Positions 7,015 to 14,500 of a DNA stretch of 24,890 nt are shown one piece after another. This DNA is from a virus (Duplodnaviria > Caudoviricetes): the IMG/VR virus record IMGVR_UViG_3300033485_000080, positions 1-24,890 of that record; one strand, 5' to 3'. The stretch's first letter is position 1; the number at the start of each line of letters is the position of its first letter. The notes under the pieces are model-generated. The model was not told where the DNA came from, did no database searches, and saw only the letters and a program-made list of their open reading frames with translations. The position numbers were made by a program, and so were the translations under genes.

Positions 7015-10000
7015 ATGGCCTTTAGGAAAAACGCGGGCAATCAAATCCTTTTCATCCTAACGAAGACGGGTGACAATTCGCACGCTAAGGGAGCCACCGT
7101 TTCCCAGATTACCGCTGCTGGACCTTCCTACCTCCTAGTCAACAATGGGTCTGCCGCAGTTGCCACCAAGGGAACCATTTCCCGTGCTGCCTCGCTGGTG
7201 AAGTCGGGTGTATTCCGTCAATCCTTGAAAGCTGCTGAGTGCAACGGTGATCAGGGCATGTATATGTTCACGGCCACCAGTTGCACCCTGCAATTCATTC
7301 CCGTGGTATTCGACAAGTACCCCACCAGTATGGTGTATTCTCAGGCGGCAAAGGCAGCTTCGCAGGCGGTCAAAGCGTATTCTCGCGCACTGCTCACTGC
7401 ATCACTTGCTTCTGATACTTGGTCATTGGTTTCGGATGTTCACAGTCAGACCGTGCAAATAAAGAGCGCGGCCAGAAGTGCTGTCACGAGTGCAAAGCAG
7501 GCATACAGTCGTGCTTTGTTGACGGCATCGTTGGCCTCGAATACGTGGAGCCTCGTTTCAGACGTGCATAGTCTTGCCGTGCAAATCCGCAGTGCGGCCC
7601 GCAGCGCGGCGGCTTATGCGTTGCTCACGCAGTCCTTGGCGTCTGACACCCACAGTCTAGCCGTGCAGATACGCAGTTCGGTGCGGAGCGCCACAGTTGC
7701 CGCAAAATTGACGCAATCTTTGGCCTCTGATACTTGGAGTTTAGTATCCGACGTTCACAGCCAAACGGTACAGATCAAGAGTGCGGCCCGAAGCGCAGCG
7801 GCTAGTGCGAAACAAGCCTATAGTCGTGCGCTTTTGACGGCTTCACTGGCGTCTGACACATGGAGCCTCGTTTCGGATGTCCACAGTTTGGCGGTGCAAA
7901 CTCGTAGTGCTGCTAGAAGTGCCGCTGCTGCCGCAATTCTTACGCAATCCTTGGCGTCGGATACACATAGCTTGGTGGTGAAAACGAAATCTCTTGTCAG
8001 CGACACACATTCTCAGGCGGTGCAAACATACAGCAGGGTTTTGTTGACGGCTTCCCTCGCTTCCGATACGCACAGCGCAGCCACTATTGCAGCCAGCGCC
8101 GCCCGAGAAGCATCTTCAAGAGCCTTAATTGTTCAATCTCTCGCGTCGGATACCCATTCACTCGCGGCAACTGCGCCATCGCGGGTCTGGGCCTACGCAG
8201 ACGGGGTTGCCGTTAAGTCTGCTGCACAGCAAGCCAACGCGAGAGCCTTGGTGGTTCAATCTCTGATTTCGGATACGTATTCGTTGGTGAGCGACACGCA
8301 CAGTCAGGCGGCACGTACTTATTCAGCGGTGGCAGGTGGAGCGGGTGGCGCAACTCCATCTCAGATTTGGTATTACGCAAGGGGGTCTGCTACTTGGAGT
8401 GCAGCACAGCAAGCGAATTCAAGAGCGGTAGCGATACTGTCTGGTGTTTCAGATACCTACTCCGCAGTTTTGGCTGGAGGGATAGGCGGCGCAACTGCTT
8501 CCCAAGTCTGGTATTACGCTCGTGGATCTGCCACCTGGAGCGCCGTGCAGCAAGCGAACTCCAGGGCATTGGTAATCCAATCCAATCTCTCTGATTTGGA
8601 TAGCGTGTTCCGATCCCGCGTGACCAGCGTGGTCACCACTGCCAGCGACGTTGTTTCGCAAGTTTGGGCACACGCAACTGGCGTAGCGATCAAGAGTGCC
8701 GCACAGCAAGCCAATGCCCGGACGCTAGTGATTCAATCTCTAGTATCTGACGTTTACTCTTTGGTAAGCGATACCCACAGTCAGGCAGTTGAAGCGTATA
8801 GCGCGGCGGCAGCGGCGAATGTACAAGCTACTGCTGCGGCTTCCCGTGCTCTGCTTAACCAGTCCCTTGCCTCAGATGCTCAGAGTGCTGCTGCGGCATC
8901 TTATTCACGAGCAGTGCTTGCTACTAGTGCAGCCAGAGAAGGATCTTCCAGGGCTTTAGTGATTCAGTCGCTTGCCTCAGACACCCACAGTCAAGTTGTA
9001 CTGGCGATTAGCGCGGCAAGAGAGGCTTCTTCTCGTGCTCTGGTGACGCAATCTGCGGCTTCGGATGCCCAAAGCGCCGCAAAAGCTGCTCAATCGCAGG
9101 CGGTCGTTGCTGGTAGCGCGGCCAGAGTTGCCAGTTCACGTGCATTGGTTGTGCAATCCTTGGCTTCCGATACACACTCGAACGTAGTCTTGGCTACTAG
9201 CGCCGCAAGGCAGGCAGCATCCAGAGCGTTGGTGGTTCAAAGTCTTGCCTCTGACACTCACAGCCAAGCCGCACGCACGTATTCCGCCGTCATAGGAGGG
9301 GCCGGAGGCGCTACACCTTCTCAAATTTGGTACTACGCCCGAGGCAGTGCTACTTGGAGCGCGGCGCAACAGGTGAATAGTCGGGCTTTGGTGATCCAGT
9401 CGCTCGTGTCGGATACACTCTCAGCCGTGTTAGCGGCAGGAGGCGTAACCCCGTCTCAAGTATGGGCGTACAGTGACGCATCGCAGACCAAAAGTGCGGC
9501 GCAGCAAGCGAATTCTAGAGCCTTGTACCTACAGTCGGCTGTGTCGGATGTCGAATCGATGGCAGCGGTCAATGCTGCGCTGGCATCCAAGGCGCTTTCC
9601 AACGCCATTATCGCCGCAACTAACGCTTCCAACGCCGAGAGCATGGCTTCGCGTGGATGGTCGGCAGCTACAAAAGGCTGGAGTCAAGCGGAAGTAGCCG
9701 CCAGTCTTGCGTCTGACACGCACAGTGTTTGTATTGCTGGATTCCTGCTCCTCTATGGGCAGGCGGCGGGTATTCAATCATTGGCTTCGGACACTCACTC
9801 GCAGGCTTTGCGTGCCTACAGCGCAGCGGTTCTCGTGCAGTCCCTTGCTTCTGACGTTCATAGCCTGACGGTTCAGGCGAGAAGCGCAGCACGCGAGGCT
9901 AGCTCAAGAGCGTTGCTTGCTCAGAGCCTAGCCAGCGATGCAGTTTCACAGGCTCTCCGCACGTATTCGGCAACCGTCTTGGTTCAGAGTTTGGCCTCGG

Positions 10001-10461
10001 ATACGCATAGCAAGGCAGTTCAAGCCTACAGCGCGGCTACGGCAGCAACCTCACAGGCTAAACTGGCGGTCGCGGGAAATCTCGTCACGCAGTCGCTTGC
10101 ATCCGATGCTCAAAGCCAAGCGGCGGCAGCATACTCTAGGACTGTACTGGCGACGAGTGCAGCACGCGAAGCAAGTGCTAGGGCGCTTGTGGTTCAGTCT
10201 CTCGTGAGCGACGTTCATTCTCTGGTGCAAGACGTTCCCACTGCGGTTGAAAACGCCGATGCGCTTTTGGGGCGGAATGTGGCCGGTGGAGCGGATGGCG
10301 GGCGAACGGTCACCCAAGCCCTGCGCCCGCTGAGAAACAGAACATCTGCTGCTGCTGGCGTGCTCAGGGTGTTTGCTGAAAACGACACGACCGTTTCCTG
10401 GTCGGCGGCGTTGACGACTGATGCTGCTGCCATACCGATCATTGAGGTTGATCCCACATGA
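7015..10461 (+). CDS. 1148-aa Ser/Ala-rich heptad-repeat fibre protein with globular N- and C-terminal caps
   Basis: AGGAGG SD; ~108 aa non-repetitive N-terminus; more than 100 heptads such as SLASDTH, SRALVVQ and SAAREAS; ~75 aa non-repetitive C-terminus ending IEVDPT. Confidence 0.8.
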   Translation: MAFRKNAGNQILFILTKTGDNSHAKGATVSQITAAGPSYLLVNNGSAAVATKGTISRAASLVKSGVFRQSLKAAECNGDQGMYMFTATSCTLQFIPVVFDKYPTSMVYSQAAKAASQAVKAYSRALLTASLASDTWSLVSDVHSQTVQIKSAARSAVTSAKQAYSRALLTASLASNTWSLVSDVHSLAVQIRSAARSAAAYALLTQSLASDTHSLAVQIRSSVRSATVAAKLTQSLASDTWSLVSDVHSQTVQIKSAARSAAASAKQAYSRALLTASLASDTWSLVSDVHSLAVQTRSAARSAAAAAILTQSLASDTHSLVVKTKSLVSDTHSQAVQTYSRVLLTASLASDTHSAATIAASAAREASSRALIVQSLASDTHSLAATAPSRVWAYADGVAVKSAAQQANARALVVQSLISDTYSLVSDTHSQAARTYSAVAGGAGGATPSQIWYYARGSATWSAAQQANSRAVAILSGVSDTYSAVLAGGIGGATASQVWYYARGSATWSAVQQANSRALVIQSNLSDLDSVFRSRVTSVVTTASDVVSQVWAHATGVAIKSAAQQANARTLVIQSLVSDVYSLVSDTHSQAVEAYSAAAAANVQATAAASRALLNQSLASDAQSAAAASYSRAVLATSAAREGSSRALVIQSLASDTHSQVVLAISAAREASSRALVTQSAASDAQSAAKAAQSQAVVAGSAARVASSRALVVQSLASDTHSNVVLATSAARQAASRALVVQSLASDTHSQAARTYSAVIGGAGGATPSQIWYYARGSATWSAAQQVNSRALVIQSLVSDTLSAVLAAGGVTPSQVWAYSDASQTKSAAQQANSRALYLQSAVSDVESMAAVNAALASKALSNAIIAATNASNAESMASRGWSAATKGWSQAEVAASLASDTHSVCIAGFLLLYGQAAGIQSLASDTHSQALRAYSAAVLVQSLASDVHSLTVQARSAAREASSRALLAQSLASDAVSQALRTYSATVLVQSLASDTHSKAVQAYSAATAATSQAKLAVAGNLVTQSLASDAQSQAAAAYSRTVLATSAAREASARALVVQSLVSDVHSLVQDVPTAVENADALLGRNVAGGADGGRTVTQALRPLRNRTSAAAGVLRVFAENDTTVSWSAALTTDAAAIPIIEVDPT
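7339..10239 (+). repeat. Degenerate 21-nt (7-aa) coding repeat array
   Basis: First run 7339-8178 is 40 uninterrupted heptads, 35 starting with Ser (hand count); later runs are broken by six 13-aa Trp motifs. Confidence 0.9.
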
Positions 10462-10604
10462 TGATAATCTTGCACTGGCTGTTCATTGGCAGGATGCGAT
10501 CCACTGCGGGAGCGCCGGTCGCAGTCGTCTATGAAGCCCAGGCTGCTTTGGCGATTGCAACGATCAGAGTGTCGAGCGCGAATCCGAAGTTGGGAGGACT
10601 ATAG
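10458..10604 (+). CDS. Small hypothetical protein, 48 aa (not in ORF track)
   Basis: MMIILHWLFIGRMRSTAGAPVAVVYEAQAALAIATIRVSSANPKLGGL; ATGA overlap upstream and TAGTG overlap downstream fill the gap exactly. Confidence 0.6.
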   Translation: MMIILHWLFIGRMRSTAGAPVAVVYEAQAALAIATIRVSSANPKLGGL

Positions 10605-10939
10605 TGCTCAAGTCGCTTGGCAAGGTCACCATAGCGGTTCCAGGAACCACGGTCAGGGCCACAGTGAACATGGCCGATCCGACCAAGAACCGGGCCTGTA
10701 ACGGATTCATGATCCAGACGCTAAGGACTAATGTCGGATATGTGTATATTGGTTCGGTTACGATGAACCGGGTGGCACAGTCTGAATTGTACTGCGTGCT
10801 TCCGCCACCGACAGCCAATTCCTTGCCGACCTTCAGCGCAAGTTTGCCCTATGCTCCTGGGGGCCTAAACATGGGAGACGTGTATGTTGACGCTGACAAT
10901 GCAAACGATGGAGTTCTCGTTGCAGCAGTCGTAGGATGA
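10604..10939 (+). CDS. Small beta-sandwich virion-type protein (paralog A)
   Basis: GGAGGA SD, GTG start; FMIQTLRTNVGYVYIG...NMGDVYVDADNANDGV. Confidence 0.7.
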   Translation: MLKSLGKVTIAVPGTTVRATVNMADPTKNRACNGFMIQTLRTNVGYVYIGSVTMNRVAQSELYCVLPPPTANSLPTFSASLPYAPGGLNMGDVYVDADNANDGVLVAAVVG

Positions 10940-10954
10940 GTTGAGGAGAAAACT

Positions 10955-11260
10955 ATGCCAATGCACAGCGGTACAAAGACCGTGGCGGCTGCTGGAACAA
11001 GGGAAGCATTATCCGCCACACGAATATCCGCCTCTTGGGTCATCATCCAGGCACTCTCAACCAACGGTGGAGTAGTCTACGTGGGGGATAATACCGTAAG
11101 CGCCACGAGAGGAAACGAGCTTGCTACTCCGGTTGGCGCTGCTGCTGGAGATCGTATCACTTTTCCATTTGCGGGGGCACCAGGATTTTACGATCTCAGC
11201 CTGATTTACATTGACGTGGCTGCCAACGGAAACGGGGTCAAGTTCAACTACGGAGCGTAA
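10955..11260 (+). CDS. Small beta-sandwich virion-type protein (paralog B)
   Basis: GAGGAG SD; VIIQALSTNGGVVYVG...DLSLIYIDVAANGNGV aligns with the previous gene. Confidence 0.7.
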   Translation: MPMHSGTKTVAAAGTREALSATRISASWVIIQALSTNGGVVYVGDNTVSATRGNELATPVGAAAGDRITFPFAGAPGFYDLSLIYIDVAANGNGVKFNYGA

Positions 11261-11261
11261 G

Positions 11262-11507
11262 GTGGCTACATCACACGGATACCCTTCGCACATCGTCCAA
11301 CGGGTGCGCGAGTTGGCGTCCGCATGGACTCCCCGCACAACAATCAGACGGATACTCCACGTACATGACCGTGTAGTGCGGGGGATTTTAGGTCCTGCTG
11401 ATCGACGGGAGATGTTCAGCCCAGAGCAGATCGCTCGGAAATCGGAGAATGGGATAGAACATCCGCCACCACGAGATCCCAAGACCGGGAGGTTCTTGCC
11501 GAGATGA
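11262..11507 (+). CDS. Small basic protein, possible HTH
   Basis: GTG start after GGAG; IVQRVRELA...PRTTIRRILHVHDRVVRGIL is HTH-like; C-terminal RDPKTGRF; ATGA overlap with the next gene. Confidence 0.5.
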   Translation: MATSHGYPSHIVQRVRELASAWTPRTTIRRILHVHDRVVRGILGPADRREMFSPEQIARKSENGIEHPPPRDPKTGRFLPR

Positions 11508-11935
11508 AGAAACGACTCATGTTGGCAGTTCTGCTTTCCGCTGGTGTCTGGTTGCTGGCCCAGCAGACTATCGGGCCGGTATCTGGGTTGCTTGTTCCAG
11601 TGTGGGATTCGCTTTACGAACACTACGTCTACCTAAAACTGCCTGAGTTCCAAGCATTGATGCCGCAGACTCCAGGGGTGCCTGCTTCTACGCTTCAGAT
11701 AGCCACGCCGCTGCCGGGAGGGGTGGTTGGTGTTCCCTACAAGCATGCGCTGACGGCGATGGGCGGTACTGCACCTTACACTTGGGCGATTACGGAGGGG
11801 GAATTGCCAACGGGTTTGACTTTGAGTGCGGACGGCGTTATCTCTGGTACCCCTACTGTGGAGGACACCAAGACATTTGCGGTGACAGTGACCGATTCCA
11901 GTGGGGCTACGACGCTAGCCAATTTTAGGATATGA
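11504..11935 (+). CDS. Signal-peptide protein with putative Ig (He_PIG-like) domain
   Basis: MKKRLMLAVLLSAGVWLLA/Q Sec-type signal; GVPYKHALTAMGGTAPYTWAITEGELPTGLTLSADGVISGTPT...FAVTVTDS. Confidence 0.85.
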   Translation: MKKRLMLAVLLSAGVWLLAQQTIGPVSGLLVPVWDSLYEHYVYLKLPEFQALMPQTPGVPASTLQIATPLPGGVVGVPYKHALTAMGGTAPYTWAITEGELPTGLTLSADGVISGTPTVEDTKTFAVTVTDSSGATTLANFRI

Positions 11936-12244
11936 ATGGGTTGGATCACCGCAGTATTGGGAGTCGATAAACGATTGGAGGTCATCATGGCTGACCTTGC
12001 AAGGTTGACCGAAAAAGTGAATGGTATCGCTGCGATACTTCCTAATATCGCAGCGGACTACCAGAGATTACTTACACGGATCACGGCATTGGAAGCGAGA
12101 GTTGCGGAACTCGAAGCGCAACTTGCCAACGTGCCCTCGCAGGCTGAAATCGACGCATTGGCGGACAATGCTGGTGCTAGTCTCAGCACGCTGGAAGGGT
12201 TGGATGCGCTGGTGCCGCCGATTCCTCCGCCTGGAACACCGTGA
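11936..12244 (+). CDS. Coiled-coil protein (alternative start 11987 has a GGAGG SD)
   Basis: LLTRITALEARVAELEAQLA heptads; Pro-rich tail. Confidence 0.65.
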   Translation: MGWITAVLGVDKRLEVIMADLARLTEKVNGIAAILPNIAADYQRLLTRITALEARVAELEAQLANVPSQAEIDALADNAGASLSTLEGLDALVPPIPPPGTP

Positions 12245-12423
12245 TGGGCAAGTGGTTCAACATCGGGGTTGCTGGACTCTTGTTGACCATTGCAGGTCTG
12301 ATCTGGAACGCCAGCGCCAAGTTGACACGTCTAGAAGCATCTATCGCGGAGCTTCGCAAGGCCGATGAAGCGCACGATCAATGGATCAACCGAATAGTGT
12401 GGGACGCCTTGGACCATAGATGA
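12241..12423 (+). CDS. Single-TM plus coiled-coil protein, holin-like
   Basis: IGVAGLLLTIAGLIW hydrophobic helix; lies directly before the lysin and is ATGA-coupled to it. Confidence 0.6.
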   Translation: MMGKWFNIGVAGLLLTIAGLIWNASAKLTRLEASIAELRKADEAHDQWINRIVWDALDHR

Positions 12424-12839
12424 CACGTGACGAACTGGTTCAAAAGATGGCGGAAGCCATGGCGACCATGGAGGGCTTCTACTTAGACTCTAAGGAGCCG
12501 TCTTTGGCCCAACGCAACTGCAACCCTGGAAACATCCGAACGTGGAAACGGGCCGATGGTTCCTACTACCCCCAGTACAAGGGCTACGTGGACTTCGTGA
12601 TGTGGGCCTTCGGGGACAAGGACAAGGCGTTGACCGAGGGATGGCGGGTTTTGCGGAAGCAGATCAACTCCTACGTGGACGGCAAGTTGCACGGAGGGAA
12701 GAGTCCTACCCTCTATCAGATGTTTGAAAAGTATGCGCCATCAGCGGACAACAACCACCCCAAGCAGTATGCCGAGTTCGTTGCCAGCAGGGTTGGGATT
12801 CCACCGGACAAGCCGCTCAAAGAACTAATTGAGGCGTAA
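12420..12839 (+). CDS. Lysozyme-like peptidoglycan hydrolase (RNxNPGNI family), probable endolysin
   Basis: AMATMEG (candidate catalytic Glu), RNCNPGNIR, EGWRVL, KYAPSADNNHPKQYAEFVASRVG. Confidence 0.7.
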   Translation: MTRDELVQKMAEAMATMEGFYLDSKEPSLAQRNCNPGNIRTWKRADGSYYPQYKGYVDFVMWAFGDKDKALTEGWRVLRKQINSYVDGKLHGGKSPTLYQMFEKYAPSADNNHPKQYAEFVASRVGIPPDKPLKELIEA

Positions 12840-13019
12840 ATGGCAATTGGCGAAGAGGCCGGCAGGAAGACCGTTGCGGATCTTAACCAGTACGTTCGGA
12901 CATGGCTGGCTGAATTGAAAGCCATGGGGATCGACTTGGAGACATTGCAGGGAAAGCGTCTTCGCTTAACGGGAAACTTCACTCTTGAGATTGAGGACAA
13001 ACCACAGAAGGAACCATGA
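12840..13019 (+). CDS. Hypothetical protein, 59 aa (not in ORF track)
   Basis: MAIGEEAGRKTVADLNQYVRTWLAELKAMGIDLETLQGKRLRLTGNFTLEIEDKPQKEP; GAGG SD; ATGA overlap downstream. Confidence 0.7.
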   Translation: MAIGEEAGRKTVADLNQYVRTWLAELKAMGIDLETLQGKRLRLTGNFTLEIEDKPQKEP

Positions 13020-13462
13020 CCCGCGCTGATATTCAAGCGTTCAACAACGTCATCTATGGCCTGCGGCACTACAACCTAGATGCCATTGTGGGTCCAGTGG
13101 TGCGTGTGGAGCAGGATCGCGTGGTGTTTCGGTGTTCTGAAGCCGTAGAACCCATCTTGAACCGTAACGCCAACTTCGGGCGTTGGCAGTTCTGCAAGAA
13201 CCACGGGTCAGATGCTTTCGCTAGTTGGCGCGAGAATGTAGGGTCCTGTTCGATGCAGATCACGCTACATCGGCGGACGGGCATCGTAGAAGCGGAAATA
13301 GATTACGACTACGGGCGTCCCGGTTGGGATGCCGTAGGGTGGGTCGTCCATGCTTGGGAGGTTGCCAACAACAAGCTCCGCAAGCGCAAGACCGATCCAT
13401 TCAAGGTAAGAGCGAAGCTGAATGCTCGTGGGTATGACATCCCGCTGGCAGAGGAGGCATGA
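13016..13462 (+). CDS. Hypothetical protein
   Basis: AAGGA SD; coupled ORF of 148 aa; no family recognised. Confidence 0.7.
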   Translation: MTRADIQAFNNVIYGLRHYNLDAIVGPVVRVEQDRVVFRCSEAVEPILNRNANFGRWQFCKNHGSDAFASWRENVGSCSMQITLHRRTGIVEAEIDYDYGRPGWDAVGWVVHAWEVANNKLRKRKTDPFKVRAKLNARGYDIPLAEEA

Positions 13463-13463
13463 A

Positions 13464-14282
13464 GTGAGTCAGTTATTGAGCAGTTTGGAGGTTTTTCCTC
13501 GCTATACGCGAGAGAGTTACGAGGCTAAATTTGGCGTACAGGCACCGCCCTGCGATGGCACCAAGCCGCTGAAGGCATGGTTCGACCCTGCGGGTGCGGG
13601 CGTTTACCATCAGCTTGTCGGCGTGTCTGGGGCAACCCCGCCGACGTTTGCTGCGCTGATTATGACGCCAGCGGAAGCCAAGAGCATCAACTTGCCCAGA
13701 GCGTACAGATACCCGGAGTACATCATTCCGCCCACTCCGGGTACGCTGTTGATTCAGGGCGTCAAGCGAGTCCCGATGTTCGCGCAAAATCTTTCCACCT
13801 CGGAACAGGCTAACGGTCTAGCAGTGGAACTGACCGCAGCGGGTTGGCTCGTTAGCGCTCCTTACGAGATCGACAAGAAGCCGAAAGAGGGGCCGAGCGA
13901 CGTAACCGTGGTTTACGAGTGGAACGGGGAGACGCGCCGTCACTGGATGATCGATGTGGACCGAGGCGAACTGAATCGCGTGCCCTACAACGTCGGCCAA
14001 TTGCTGGCTGAGAGGAATCGTGCCGGTGCGGGTTCGCCAGGGCATTGGGAGCCACCGTCCAGCGGACACTTCCGATGGCAGGCCGATCCGCAAGTCGTGT
14101 CATCGTCCAAGGAAGGTCCTGTTCCGGTGCGGCTATTGAACTCCGACGAGGAGTTTCAGCACGCTTTCGGACTTGGATGGGTAGTCGTGAAGAAAGCCGA
14201 TGTGCCGGTTGAACCGGGGCAAGCGAAACTTGACGAGATCCTTGCAGGGATCAAGGCCCTGCGGCAGTTCTTCGGAGTTTAG
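13464..14282 (+). CDS. Hypothetical Pro-rich protein
   Basis: GAGGAGG SD before GTG 13464, preferred to 13422; no family recognised. Confidence 0.7.
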   Translation: MSQLLSSLEVFPRYTRESYEAKFGVQAPPCDGTKPLKAWFDPAGAGVYHQLVGVSGATPPTFAALIMTPAEAKSINLPRAYRYPEYIIPPTPGTLLIQGVKRVPMFAQNLSTSEQANGLAVELTAAGWLVSAPYEIDKKPKEGPSDVTVVYEWNGETRRHWMIDVDRGELNRVPYNVGQLLAERNRAGAGSPGHWEPPSSGHFRWQADPQVVSSSKEGPVPVRLLNSDEEFQHAFGLGWVVVKKADVPVEPGQAKLDEILAGIKALRQFFGV

Positions 14283-14291
14283 GAGAGTGAC

Positions 14292-14489
14292 ATGCCCGAA
14301 CCACTCGACCTAAAGCTATCGTTCTCTGGAACCATCCCTGGTGAACAGATCGTGGTCGCTTTGTTCAACTATTTGGTTCAGACCCGTGCCACCATGAGCC
14401 AGGAAACCCGGGATGCCTGGGACAAGCGGGGCATCGAGGCGTGGGACCGTTGGGTGGATTTCTGGAAGACAATCGGGGTCATAAAGTAG
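14292..14489 (+). CDS. Hypothetical protein
   Basis: AGGAG SD; 65 aa with a Trp-rich C-terminus. Confidence 0.65.
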   Translation: MPEPLDLKLSFSGTIPGEQIVVALFNYLVQTRATMSQETRDAWDKRGIEAWDRWVDFWKTIGVIK

Positions 14490-14500
14490 GGAAGTGACTT

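Noticed and set aside
7402-7968. Diversity-generating retroelement TR/VR pair
   Set aside because: Differences are synonymous and not adenine-specific (for example GCT/GCC, TCG/TCC), and no reverse transcriptase is in the window.
7339-10239. CRISPR array or DNA tandem repeat
   Set aside because: The repeats are conserved in protein only; there are no identical DNA repeats with unique spacers and no cas genes.
7015-10461. Tape measure protein or type I antifreeze-like protein
   Set aside because: It lies upstream of the terminase with no tail tube or chaperone genes nearby. The period is 7 with Ser, not the 11-residue Thr period of type I antifreeze proteins. Neither is formally excluded.
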